NCBI GenBank assembly: GCA_951406725.2
Contig: OX597822.1
Coordinates: forward strand, 94,488,001-94,552,000
DNA length: 64,000 nucleotides
Reading direction: 5' to 3'
Source of the DNA: Octopus vulgaris
Taxonomy: Eukaryota
Position numbers and translations under genes: made by a program. Of the stretch, positions 13,024 to 25,006 are shown piece after piece. Under the pieces are notes generated by a model. The model was not told the DNA's origin, ran no database searches, and saw only the letters and a list, made by a program, of their open reading frames with translations. Positions within the stretch are counted from its first letter, which is position 1. Each line of letters begins with the position of its first letter.

Positions 13024-14199
13024 TGATATAAAGTAGTTAACTATGCAATGGCAATGAATTGGCAGAGTTGTTAAAACACTGAATAGAATGACTCATGGCT
13101 ATCTGCTCTGACTGCCAAGACTCTCTGAGTCCAAATACCACTGAGGTCAGCTCTGCTTTACTCCATTTCAAGATTGATTTTAAAAAAGTACCTATCCAGA
13201 CATTACGCACACATACACACACACATTACATCTGCACACACACATATACAACAAGCTTCTTTCAGTTTCTGTCTATCAAATTTACTCACAAGACTTTAAT
13301 CAGCTCTGGACTATAGTAGAAGACACTTGCCTAAAGTGACAGACAGTGGGATTGAACTGAGAACCACTTGACTTGGAAACAAGCTTCTTAACCACACAGC
13401 CACAGCTGCACATCTTACATGATTATATAAATGAAAAAATGGAAACATAACAGTTCAAGATATTTGGCTACTTTACTCTATGAAAATAACCAGACCACTC
13501 AGTCTACATCATTGGGTCAAACCACATATTTACAAAGGGATCAGATCTGAAATTCCTTGAGTAATTTAAGACTATACCTAGTACCAGATTTAGTTATAAA
13601 CTAAACATGCTGAACCTTACAGACTTATAATACATATGGTTTTGGATTCAGTTCCACAGAATGGCACCTTTGGCAAGTGTCTTCTATCATAGCTTCAGGA
13701 TGCAGATGGATGCCAACAGGTCTATAATGAAGTGTCAATCTCTCAAGGTAGATGGAACACGTGGAAGAGGGAAACCCAAGAAGACATAGGACAAAATACT
13801 GAAGGACAACCTCAGGATGCTGAACCTTTCAAACAAGATGACAAAGGGTCAAGATATCTGGTGCCTTGTTGTACTCAAGAAAACCCATACTCCACAGCAG
13901 GTGCACTAAGGATGCTCCTCGCTGGTGAAGAGGCTTGGCCTGCAAGAGTCTTGTGCCGGTGCCATGTAAAAAGCACTCATGTAATAGCACTTGTGTGGTG
14001 CCACGTAAAAGCACCCAGCACACTCTGTAGAATGGTTGGTGTTAGGAAGGGCATCCAGCCATAGAAACCATGCCGAATCAGACAGGAACCTAGTGCAGCT
14101 CTCCAGCTGGCCACCTCTAGTCAAACTCTCCAGCCCATGCCAGCATTGACAACAAACGTTAAATGACGCTGATAATAAATCGTATGTGTGTGCATGTGC

Positions 14200-14252
<53 letters not shown>

Positions 14253-14683
14253 AGTGTGTGTGTGTGTGTGTGTGCACATATATGTATGTGTACGTACTTG
14301 TATTTGTTTCTCCCACCAGTTGGCAACCAGTTTGGGTTTGTTTAAATCCCCATAACTTAATGTTTCAGCAAAAGAGATGGGCAGGAAAAAAAAAGGCTTC
14401 AAAATAACTTTTAAACAATATTTTCAATGTCTTTGAGACCTTAGAGTGTAATTTTCTAACAAGGGACCTTCCTTACTTTATATAACTTCTTGAAGTTATA
14501 CCAAGAGTTTCCTGAAGTGGTTCTTGAAGGATAAATCTGACACGGCCAACACAAATGAAATATTCATCCTTAAAGTCAGCGTTTATATTCATAATGTCTA
14601 AAAATTATTGAATACAAAGTTGGTGCCATGCCATTGTCTGTTCTGGGAACTCTGCTAAAGAGTCATAACCTTGTCTTAGAAGT

Positions 14684-14798
14684 CTTTTGGAATTCAATAA
14701 AATCATACAGTGTTTTGGAATTTAATAGAATCAGTCAGTATTTTAGAATTCAATAAAATTAATCCAGTGTTTCTGAATTCAATAGAACCAACCAGTGT
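14684..14798. repeat. 28-bp degenerate minisatellite, ~4 copies
   Basis: Unit tgttttggaattcaatagaatca.ccag. Confidence 0.7.
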
Positions 14799-15612
14799 AA
14801 GTGGATAAGTAAAAATATATCTATTATTGTAAAATGAGGTGCAGACTGGAAATAATCGCCAAAATTATTTCTTAATTCAATTTCTATAAATGATAGGGAG
14901 ATAAGATATTTCCATAAGATTCTATTTTCGTCAAGAATTTTTGAATCAACACTTTTGAATCAAAGCAGTGTTATGTCTGGACCAAAAAAAAAAAAAAAAA
15001 AAAAAAATGAATGAAGAATAGTGAAATAAAGAAAGGAAAAAAAATAGAAATAAAAAATTTAAAAAAACTTATCGGTATCATAATTTCCTTCCGATGCTAC
15101 TATTATTGTCAACATCAAGACAATCATCCTCATAAACATTATCATCATCATCATCATCATCATCAAGATCGCTGTCTCTTGTAGCTGACAACATCGACAT
15201 AGTTGTTGCCTTAGTCATCATCATCACTATCATCAGCATCATTCATTATCATAATTCTCATCGGCATTATCTTCTTCATCACTGTCATGGTCAGCATTAT
15301 CATCATCATCATCATCATCATCATTCTCATTATCAACATCATCATCATCATCAATACTGCCACCATTATCATTACCATTATTATCACCATCATTATTATC
15401 ATACTCTTTTACTCTTTTACTTGTTTCAGTCATTTGACTGCGGCCATGCTGGAGCACCGCCTTTAGTCGAGCAAATCGACCCCGGGACTTATTCTTTGTA
15501 AGCCCAGTACTTATTCTATCGGTCTCTTTTGCCGAACCGCTAAGTGACGGGGACGTAAACACACCAGCATCGGTTGTCAAGCAATGCTAGGGGACAAACA
15601 CAGACACACAAT

Positions 15613-15672
<60 letters not shown>

Positions 15673-16345
15673 CATATATACGACAGGCTTCTTTCAGTTT
15701 CCGTCTACCAAATCCACTCACAAGGCATTGGTCGGCCCGGGGCTATAGCAGAAGACACTTGCCCAAGATGCCCCGCAGTGGGACTGAACCCGGAACCATG
15801 TGGTTGGTTAGCAAGCTACTTACCACACAGCCACTCATCATCATCATCAATATTCTCCTCTTCTTCTTCTTCTTCTTCCTCATCATCACCATCATCACCA
15901 CCACCACCACCGCTGTCATTATCATGGCCACCTACTCTTTTTACTGCAATTAAGTTCCCCATTCTCTTTTCTATCTATCAATTCTTTTTCTGCAACTCAC
16001 CGCCGCCATCATCATCATCATCGCATTTCCGGCTGAAAAGCTTCCACCCTTTTCTTCTTCATTCACCTCTCTTCTATAAGACCAACACCTACACACACAC
16101 ACACACAAATATACACATGAACACACACACACATTCACACATGCACTCACACACAAACACACACAAGCATACATACTTACACACAAACACACACGTACAC
16201 AAACACACACAAACACTCACACACACACACAAACATACACAAACACTCACACACACAAACACATACACATACAAACACACATACACACATACACGCACAC
16301 GCACACACAAACACATACACATACAAACACACACAAACACACACA

Positions 16346-16388
<43 letters not shown>

Positions 16389-17405
16389 ACATCACATGCA
16401 CTTACACTTGGCAATATGACTGACTGAATGCAGATGTATTCATATGTATAAATGCAATTGAAAATATGGTTGATGTTTCAATACCAAAATCTTTAAGTCT
16501 TTTGAACTTTAGTATTGGTAATGTTCCCAGTACTCACTAGTACTCTCAGGGAGCATAGTGTGGGTTGCCAATGTCTGGGGCAAGGCAAGTATTGTGGGAA
16601 GAAGGAGCTGCTTCTTTCATTTATTATTACCTCTACCAAGGAAGGAGGTTATGTTTTCATTGGCATTGGTTCGTCCGTCTGTCCGTTTGTATGCAAAATA
16701 ACTCCAAAAGTTGTAAACAGCATTTGATGAAACTTGTAGAAAAAGTTGGTAATGACAAATCGACCCCGGGACTTATTCTTTGTAAGCCCAGTACTTATTC
16801 TATCGGTCTCTTTTTTTGCCGAACCACTAAGTAACGGGGACGTAAACACACCAGCATCGGTTGTCAAGCAATGCTAGGGGGACAAACACAGACACACAAA
16901 CACATACACACACATACATACATATATATACATATATACGACAGGCTTCTTTCAGTTTCCGTCTACCAAATCCACTCACAAGGCATTGGTCGGCCTGGGG
17001 CTGTAGCAGAAGACACTTGCCCAAGATGCCACGCTTTGGGACTGAACCCGGAACCATGTGGTTGGTTAGCAAGCTACTTACCACACAGCCACTCCTGCAC
17101 CTAGGGTCAATAAAATTAAGTACCAGCTGAACACTGGGGTCGATGTTATCATCTCACCCCTACCCCAAACTTGCTGGCCTTGTGCCAAAACTTGAAATCA
17201 TTATTACTATATCATTTAACCTATTAGTTACCATATTCCTTTTGAGATGCTCTGTGTTTCGTTCAATTAATTTTGAATATAAGAAAGAATTTAGTAAAAT
17301 AACTTAGATATCATTAAGCTAGTGTTACCCAATATTTACACAACATTAATAGTTTTTTTCTACTTTTACTTTCACTTTTATGAATGACTTATAATAGTAT
17401 TGTGA

Positions 17406-17740
17406 AGGCACGTGGCTCAGTGGTTAGAGCGTCGAGCTTACGATCGTGAGGTTGTGAGCTCGAATCCCGGACCTGGCTGCGTGTTGTGTTCTTGAGCAAG
17501 ACACTTTATTTCATGTCGCTCCAGTTCACTCAGCTGTAGAAATGAGTTGCAACGTCACAGGTGCCAAGCTGTATCGGCCCTTGCCTTTCCCTTGGACAAC
17601 ATCGGTGACGTGGAGAGGGGAGACCGGTATGCATGGGCGACTGCTGGTCTTCCATAAAAACAACCTTGCCCAGACTTGTGCCTCAGAGGGTGACTCTCTA
17701 GGTGCAAACCCATGGTCAGTGTCTGACCGAAGGGGGTCAC
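17406..17740 (+). mobile_element. SINE family D (CORE-like)
   Basis: A/B boxes tggctcagtggttagagc / gagctcgaatccc and CORE-like gtgttcttgagcaagacactt. Copies at 34149-34495 and 39303-39610. Confidence 0.85.
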
Positions 17741-18188
17741 AAAAAAAAATAATAGTATTGTCTCTAGTATTCTTGAGAGTAGAGATAGCTCTTTCTCACA
17801 TTGATGCTGTCTCTGGTGCTCCCAAGAGTAAAGACTGCTATCATTCACATGCTGGTATTGTTTCTAGTACTCCTGAAAGAAGAGATAACTATCACTCTCA
17901 GGCTGGCACTGACTGTGACTTTGCTGGATGAAGTCTACTTAACCATAGCTAGAGACAAACAAGTGAGTAAGTAAAAATATATATCCATTTAAAATATCTT
18001 CACTTCAAGACAAGGTAAGCAATTGTAACTAACTCCGAATAAAAAGGGGAAATCATCTCAAGAATTGATATGCCATTAAGGGTTTTAAAAAAACCCAGTT
18101 TTTTTTACAAAATTGATATAAAATGAGCTTAAAGAAATAACTCAGAGTGGCCTGTGACACGAAATTTATCACCACCACCACCACCACC

Positions 18189-18364
<176 letters not shown>

Positions 18365-18634
18365 CATTATTATTATTATTATTATCAATATAGTGCAGCG
18401 CACAACAACCTTTTTTCACTTGCGGTACACTTATATTCTTTTCAAAATTTGGCAGCACACCTGAATGAAAAATATATAACTAAAAGTATAGGGGGGAAAA
18501 AATTATATTCAGGTTACATTGCAGCACACCTAGCATCATCTCATGGCACACTTGTGTGCTGCAGCATACAGGTTGCGGAGCATGAGAACGGAAGTCTTCC
18601 ATGGAAGTAGCAGGGCTTTCTTTTTCCTAGTTCT

Positions 18635-19702
18635 GTATGTCCTCAGAATCCAGCCAACCACTTGCTACTGTTTGTGGTGGCCCTCTCAGACATGCCCTCC
18701 ATGTCAGCGAATCTGACCAGCTATGCTGACAACACAAAACTATCACAGGAAGTTAGGAACCCAGAGGATATCATAGAACTGCAGAAGGGCCTGAACGAAA
18801 TCTACAAATGGGCTAACAAAAATAACGTGCAGTTCATTGCTATGAAATTTCAGGCACTCCACTATCGGTCCAACACCAGGCTAAAATTGGAATACACTGG
18901 ACCAGAATGTAATATGATCCCAGAGTCAGAGTCGGTGTGTGACCTGGGGGTTCACATGAGCAGTGATGCAACATTCTATGTGCATATTACCAAGATGACA
19001 ACACTGTGTAGGCGAGTGGTTGGCTGGATTCTGAGGACATTCAGAACCAGGAAACGGGAAGCCCTGCTACCCCTATGGAAGACTTTCATTCTCAGCTGCT
19101 TGGACTACAGAGCCCAACTTTGGTCCCCAAAGAGTGTGAAACAAACTGTGGAACTTGAAGCGATCCAGCACCAATACACAAAGAAGACTGACTTGATGCA
19201 AAAGATGGGTTACTGGGAGAGGCTAAAGGAGCTGAGTCTCTATTACCTGGAGAGAAGATGAAAGAGGTATACAATGATATATATTTGGAAGACCTTGGAG
19301 GGTTTAGTTCCTAATTTTGGAATTGACAGCTATACCAATCCTTGAACTGGATGGCACTGCATCATATCAAAGATCCTGTCTTCCCCATCTAAAATAAGGA
19401 CACAGTACTGCAATAGTCTGGGTTTCAAGGGCTCGCAATTGTTCAACATCCTTCCAGGCAGCCTTAGAGATCTACATGGTGTTGATGTGGAAGTTTTCAA
19501 GGAACGTCTGGACAAGTTACTATCAAAGATACCAAATGAACCCACATCACTGTAGGAGACGCAAAGAATAGCAGCTCTATCCAACTCGCTACTTCACCAA
19601 AAACAATATTGGAAACAACACCAAGTAACTACAGATTGTGCACCAGCATGACCTCAGCCCTGGGCTGAAACCAGTAAGAGATAAAAGATAAAGTATAAAA
19701 GA
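18635..19702 (+). pseudogene. 5'-truncated CR1-group/jockey-like LINE: RT C-terminal region plus 3' tail
   Basis: YADNTK (YADD), DLGV.MS, LDY.AQLWSP, Y.ERLKEL.LY.LERR, and downstream G.QLFN.LP..LR / FK..LD..L..IP.EP. Tail ccagcatgacct-cagccc-t-gggctg-aaac-(agataaa)n. Confidence 0.88.
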
Positions 19703-20302
19703 TATATATATATTATTGGATCGTAGGGTGACCTTGGTTCGTAGGATGACCTGCTGTGCTTGAGGAGACCTATTGAGTCAAGTACATCAATATCAAAATA
19801 AATATCAAATGGAAATTGTAGTTACAATACCTGTGCTGGTGGCACATAAAAAGCACCATCCGAACGTGGCCGATGCCAGTGCCACTTTGACTGGCTTCTG
19901 TGCCGGTGGCACGTAAAATGCACCCACTACACTCATGGAGTGGTTGGCGTTAGGAAGGGCAGATCAGACTGGAGCCTGGTGCAGCCTTCTGGCTTCCCAG
20001 ATCCCCGGTTGAACCATCCAATCCATGCTAGCATGGAAAACGGATGTTAAACGATGATGATGATGATATACATATATATCTTTCTCTCTTTTTTCTTTTA
20101 CTTGTTTCAGTCATTTGACTGCGGCCATGCTGGAGCACCGCCTTTAGTCAAGCAACTCGGCCCGGGACTTATTCTTTGTAAGCCCAGTACTTATTCTATC
20201 GGTCTCTTTTTACCGAACCGCTAAGTGATGGGACATAAACACACCAGCATCGGTTGTCAAGCAATGCTAGGGGGACAAACACAGACACACAAATACACAC
20301 AC

Positions 20303-20365
<63 letters not shown>

Positions 20366-21271
20366 TACAGCGGGCTTCTTTCAGTTTCCGTCTACCAAAT
20401 CCACTCACAAGGCATTGGTCAGCCCGGGGCTATAGCAGAAGACACTTGCCCAAGATGCCACACAGTGGGACTGAACCCGGAACCATGTGGTTGGTTAGGA
20501 AGCTACTTACCACACAGCCACTCCTGTATATATATATACTTTAAAGGCCACCCTATTGGGTGACTTTTAAGCTAGCTCCTGTGGTGGGCTCTACATTAGG
20601 CCTTGAGTACAACAGTGACACTTCATGCATTGAGTATATTAAATTTTATTACACTTACTCTTTACTCTTTACTCTTTTCCTCTTTTACTTGTCTCAGTCA
20701 TTTGACTGCAGCCATGCTGGAGCACCACCTTTAGTCGAGAAAATCGATCCCAGGACTTATTCTTTTTAAGTCTAGTACTTATTCTATCGGTCTCTTTTGC
20801 CGAACCGCTAAGTTACAGGGACGTAATCACACCAGCATCAGTTGTCAAGCAATGTTGGGGGGGGGGGGACACAGACACACAAACACACACACATATATAT
20901 ATATGCATATACATATATACAACGGGCTTCTTTCAGGTTCCATCTACCAAATCTACTCACAAGGCTTTGGTCAGCTCGAGGCTACAGTAGAAGACACTTG
21001 TCCAAGGTGCATTGCAGTGGGACTGAACCCGGAACCATGCATATGCTGGTGTCATGAAACTGGCACCGATGTTGCTGGCATGTAAAAGCGCCCATTAGAC
21101 TCTTGGAGTGGTTGGCATTAGGAAAGGTAGCCAGCCATAGAAAGCATGCCAAATCAAACTAGAGTCTGGTACAGCCCCTCAGTTTACCAACCCTGATCAA
21201 ACCTTCTAACCCATGCAAGCATGGACAACGGTCGTTAAATGAGGATGAGGATGATGATGGTATATATGTAA

Positions 21272-21686
21272 GGCGGAGAGCTGGTAGAAACGTTAGCACG
21301 CTGGACGACATGCATAGCCGCATTTCGTCTGCCGTTACGTTCTGAGTTCAAATTCCGCCGAGGTCGACTTTGTCTTTCATCCTTTCGGAGTCGATAAATT
21401 AAGTACCAGTTACACACTGAGGTCGATGTAATCGACTTAATCCGTTTGTCTGTCCTTGTTTGTCCCCTCTGTGTTTAGCTCCTTGTGGGTAAGAAAGAAA
21501 TAGGTATTTCATCTGCCGTTACGTTCAGAGTTCAAATTCCGCTGAGGTCGACTTTGCCTTTCATCCTTTCGGGGTCGATTAAATAAGTACCAGTTACGCA
21601 CTGGGGTCGATGGAATCGACTTAATCCGTTTGCCTGTCCTTGTTTGTCCCCTCTGTGTTTAGCCCCTTGTCGGTAGTAAAGAAATA
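21272..21686 (+). mobile_element. SINE family C partial dimer
   Basis: Full unit followed by a 5'-truncated unit starting gtatttc.tctgccgttac. Confidence 0.88.
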
Positions 21687-22010
21687 GGTATATATGTACG
21701 TATATGTATCCACACACACATATATTTATATTCACTGGAAGTTCAAAATGTTTTTCTGCAGTCATTCTTTTACTTCCCTGAGCAAGGTACATAACTCTGT
21801 TTCCTCCAGTTTGCTTGAGCACACCAACCAAAAAGCAGGCTTTCTTCCTACTTCACAGGTAAATAGTTACTATTAGCAAATAGCATTTAGCTTTAAATAT
21901 AACAGAGGATGAAAAACATTCTAGTACCTAAAGAAATTGCTGATGGCCCATATAAAAAAAAATATCCACAAACATTTGATACAAAAATTTATAAAGATAA
22001 TAATGAACTT

Positions 22011-22520
22011 ATAATAATAATAATAATAATAATGAAATTATTGTATACAGTGCTCAGGTGCGTCACAACTTGTCAGAAAGTGCGTATAAAGTATATGCAG
22101 TAATGTACAAATGTCTAGAAAGCGAACAATGTATGAGTCAGTTACATGCTTGTGTGTGTATGGAGGGGAGAAAATCAGGTGTAGTGTTGGCGAATCTCAG
22201 AAAGCATGGAAGTTTTGAAGGATGCAGTGCTCCTACAACTAACAACTGATGCCGGCAGTTTGTTCCATGCTTCAGCAACTCTCAGCATGAAAAAAATGTT
22301 TCCTAAAGTCATGGGAGCTGTGCTGTTTTCTGACTTTGTAAATATGTCCACGGGTGTTAGACAGGTGGAGTTTGAAAAGGTGCTCAGAGTTATTGTTTGT
22401 AAGATGGTTAATAATTTTATGGGTGTCTGCCAAGTCAGCTGCCAGACGTCGGAGTTTCAATGTGTCAATGCCCAGGGAAGTAAGGCATTCAGAATATGGC
22501 AAATGCCTGATGGAGGGTAT
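22011..22520 (-). mobile_element. CR1-like LINE 3' end, (TTA)n tail
   Basis: Y.E.L..LG..TL..RR...DL...KI ... TRGH.YK ... FF..RV..AWNKLP. Related copies at 22522-22820 (-), 4600-4790 (-) and 57707-58000 (+). Confidence 0.85.
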
Positions 22521-22521
22521 T

Positions 22522-22820
22522 CTTTATTGTATACAGTGCTCAGGTGCTCTACAACTCACCTGAAAAAGGAACCAAAACTGCATGAACAGTACAGAAAATA
22601 TGCACAGGAAGTGAACAGTGAATAAGTATTTAAAAAAAACCAGAGTGGGGGCAGGGCATCAGGTGTACTGTTGGCAAATTTCAGGAAGCATGGAAGTTTT
22701 GAAGGATGTAGTGTCACTACAGCTAACAAGGGATGTGGGTGGTTTATTCCATCCTTCAGAAATTCTGAGCATGAAACAATGCTTCCAAAAGATACAGGTG
22801 TTGTGTTGGTTTTTAATAAA
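22522..22820 (-). mobile_element. Second, older CR1-like 3' end in tandem
   Basis: HCFMLRISEGWNKPP.S.VSC..T.SFK. Same UTR motif tacagtgctcaggtg. Confidence 0.75.
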
Positions 22821-22836
22821 TGTTTTTTCTTTACAG

Positions 22837-22985
22837 ATGGTCCAATACATCTAACTGGATTTCTCCTCTATTCTCATGCATTCTCTACTGAGACTGGACC
22901 AATTCTGAATCTCCGCTACGTGTATATAACACCATCTTACAGGAAAAAGGGATCAGCAAAAGAAATGTGGAAGTACTTCCTAAAG
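22837..22985 (+). CDS. Internal exon of a divergent diamine/spermidine-spermine N-acetyltransferase (SSAT)-like GNAT gene
   Basis: Acceptor tttttctttacag|AT and donor AAG|gtttgt; 149 bp (phase 1 to phase 0). Translation (D)GPIHLTGFLLYSHAFSTETGPILNLRYVYITPSYRKKGSAKEMWKYFLK aligns by eye to the SSAT pattern GF.LY...YSTW.G..(L)EDLYV.P.YRG.G.G, including acetyl-CoA motif A (R-x-x-G-x-A). Confidence 0.8.
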
Positions 22986-23302
22986 GTTTGTTTTCTGCAC
23001 TCTGTCTTTCTCTCTCTCCTCTTTCTTATTAAATCTAGCCATTTTGCTAAAAACCAACTGAACTTTTTTTTAAAAATAACATAACATTATAGGTACAAAT
23101 ATGGCGATGTGGTTCAGAAGAAAGACAGATTCTTGGGTTTGCTTCTATGTGTGTATTGTGGCTTATGAAAACTGTCAAAAGCTTCATGTGTCTATGTATA
23201 TATGTGTGTAGATAAATATAAATCTATATATATGCATACATATATGTGTGTGTGCTTATGTGTGTGCATGTGTGCCTGTATATGTATGAATATATATATA
23301 TA

Positions 23303-23658
23303 TAATGGTTGTATACTGTCAATCTCACAAGAACGTGACAGTAGGGGGTACACCACCGTTATATAGCCCTAGGAGGCATCGAACGCCTCCTGACAGCTTC
23401 GACACAATGATCCTGAAACACGGTGTCCCTAGATGCAGTTCCGGCAGTTGGGGGTGTTTGTCTCCCCTTCGTATGTGTATATAAGGACACAGGATAAAAT
23501 GTGTCGAAGCTGTCAGGAGGCGTTCGATGCCTCCTAGGGCTATATAACGGTGGTGTACCCCCTACTGTCACGTTCTTGTTAGATTGACAGTATACAACCA
23601 TTATATCGCTCCACCACCATACACCTCTCTACGAGAGATTTAGAAACTCAATATTTCT

Positions 23659-23660
<2 letters not shown>
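23303..23660 (+). mobile_element. Non-coding fold-back element in (TA)n with a half hammerhead
   Basis: 104-bp inverted arms 23303-23406 / 23500-23603 (1 mismatch). GAAACAC-G-GUGUC^ at 23415-23427. (TA)n flanks. Confidence 0.72.
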
Positions 23661-23717
<57 letters not shown>

Positions 23718-23721
23718 CACA

Positions 23722-23783
<62 letters not shown>

Positions 23784-24073
23784 GAGGTGTTTGTTTCCCA
23801 ACCACATGGTCCTGAATTCAATCCCACTGCATGGCACCTTGGGCAAGCATCTTTTACTATAGCCTTGGGCTGACCAGAGCTTTGTGAGTAGATTTGATAG
23901 ACAGAAACTGAATGAAGCCTATCGTGTGTGTGTGTGTGTATGTATATACATATACACATATATCTCTGTATATTTTCAGAGAGAGAGAGAGAGGAATAGA
24001 GATAAATATATATACATACATACATATATATTTATCTTTATATCTATATATATTTTTAAAGACAAAGATAAAT

Positions 24074-24107
<34 letters not shown>

Positions 24108-24211
24108 ACATACACATACACACACACAAATATACATATCGTTTTTTCAGAAAAACATAAATCTAGAGAAGAAGCACATTCTAAGAAGTAGAGCAGTCAA
24201 TATTTATTAAT

Positions 24212-24338
24212 AGTGAAGGTCAGTTGATAGAGTTACCCTGGATTTCTTGCCTTTATAGTGTATCTTCAGACCCTAAGACCTATTGGCCTATGGCCTATTT
24301 AAAATGCTCAGGGTAACCCTATAGACCAACCTTCACCA
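24212..24338. mobile_element. Older fold-back hammerhead element
   Basis: Imperfect inverted arms gtgaaggtcagttgatagagttaccctg / cagggtaaccctatagaccaaccttcac around a decayed HHR. Abuts (TA)n. Confidence 0.55.
24228..24275 (-). ncRNA. Decayed hammerhead motif
   Basis: Minus strand: UAGGGU-CUGAAGA-UAC.CUAUAAAG.GCA-A-GAAAUCC-A-GGGUA^ACUCUA. The inverted arm at ~24309-24323 preserves GGGUAACCCUA, which restores stem I. Confidence 0.55.
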
Positions 24339-24358
24339 TATATATATATATATATATA

Positions 24359-24951
24359 TGACGTATATTTGCCATTTGAATATATATATATATATATATA
24401 TAATGACGTATATTTGCCATTTGAATATGGCTAACCCCTAAGGGTGGATGCTACTGTAGTTTGTTGCCCCAGGAGGACACCTCCTCCAGCTGGCTATAGA
24501 CACACTTTCTGTGCCCTATCAGTATTTGCAAAGGGAAGCCATCCCTCCCCTCTTCAACTTATGATACACACGGACTCGAGTTTCTGGGTATTGACCCGTC
24601 ATCGGCGTGTGACAATCATAGTTGTCGATGAGAAGTTGGTTCCCTTCACAAATACATATACTTTTTCCAGTATCGATTGACACTGATATCGAAAAAGTGA
24701 AATCAAACAATGATAAATCTCAGAGCGAGTTATAAACAGTAGCAGCAACACATCATGACGTATATTTGCCATTTGAATATGGCTAACCCCTAAGGGTGGA
24801 TGCTACTGTAGTTTGTAGCTAGAGGAGGTGTCCTCCTGGGGCTACAAACTACAGTAGCATCCACCCTTAGGAGTTAGCCATATTCAAATGGCAAATATAC
24901 GTCATGATGTGTTGCTGCTACTGTTTATAACTCGCTCTGAGATTTATCATT
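24359..24951 (-). mobile_element. Retrozyme-like element, 352-bp partial tandem plus terminal fold-back
   Basis: Direct repeat starts at 24403 and 24755 (period 352). 111-bp inverted arms 24709-24819 / 24841-24951. HHR at 24567-24611. An extra ~25-bp end fragment at 24359-24384 is separated by (TA)n. Confidence 0.8.
24567..24611 (-). ncRNA. Type-I hammerhead ribozyme (CCGAUGA core variant)
   Basis: Minus strand: CACACG-CCGAUGA-C-GGGU-CAAU-ACCC-A-GAAAC-UCGA-GUC^CGUGUG. 6-bp stem I, palindromic stem III ACUCGAGU. Confidence 0.8.

Positions 24952-25003
<52 letters not shown>

Positions 25004-25006
<3 letters not shown>

Noticed and set aside
16861-17130. Recurring ORFs such as MSSNARG.../MLGGQTQ.../[12 protein letters not shown]...
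   Set aside because: Chance frames within SINE consensus sequences repeated throughout the window.
17406-17480. tRNA-like sequences (also 2452, 36389, 44337)
   Set aside because: SINE heads with incomplete acceptor stems and attached repeat bodies; not called as tRNA genes.
18395-18583. Possible hAT MITE end (gcagcacac repeats); also a possible Helitron-type end at 16624-16755
   Set aside because: Only one terminus visible and no TSD; not supportable as discrete features.
21752-21858. Splice-like signals (ctgcag / tccag ... CAGgtaaat) as a possible upstream exon
   Set aside because: Translations show no SSAT similarity; needs RNA-seq.
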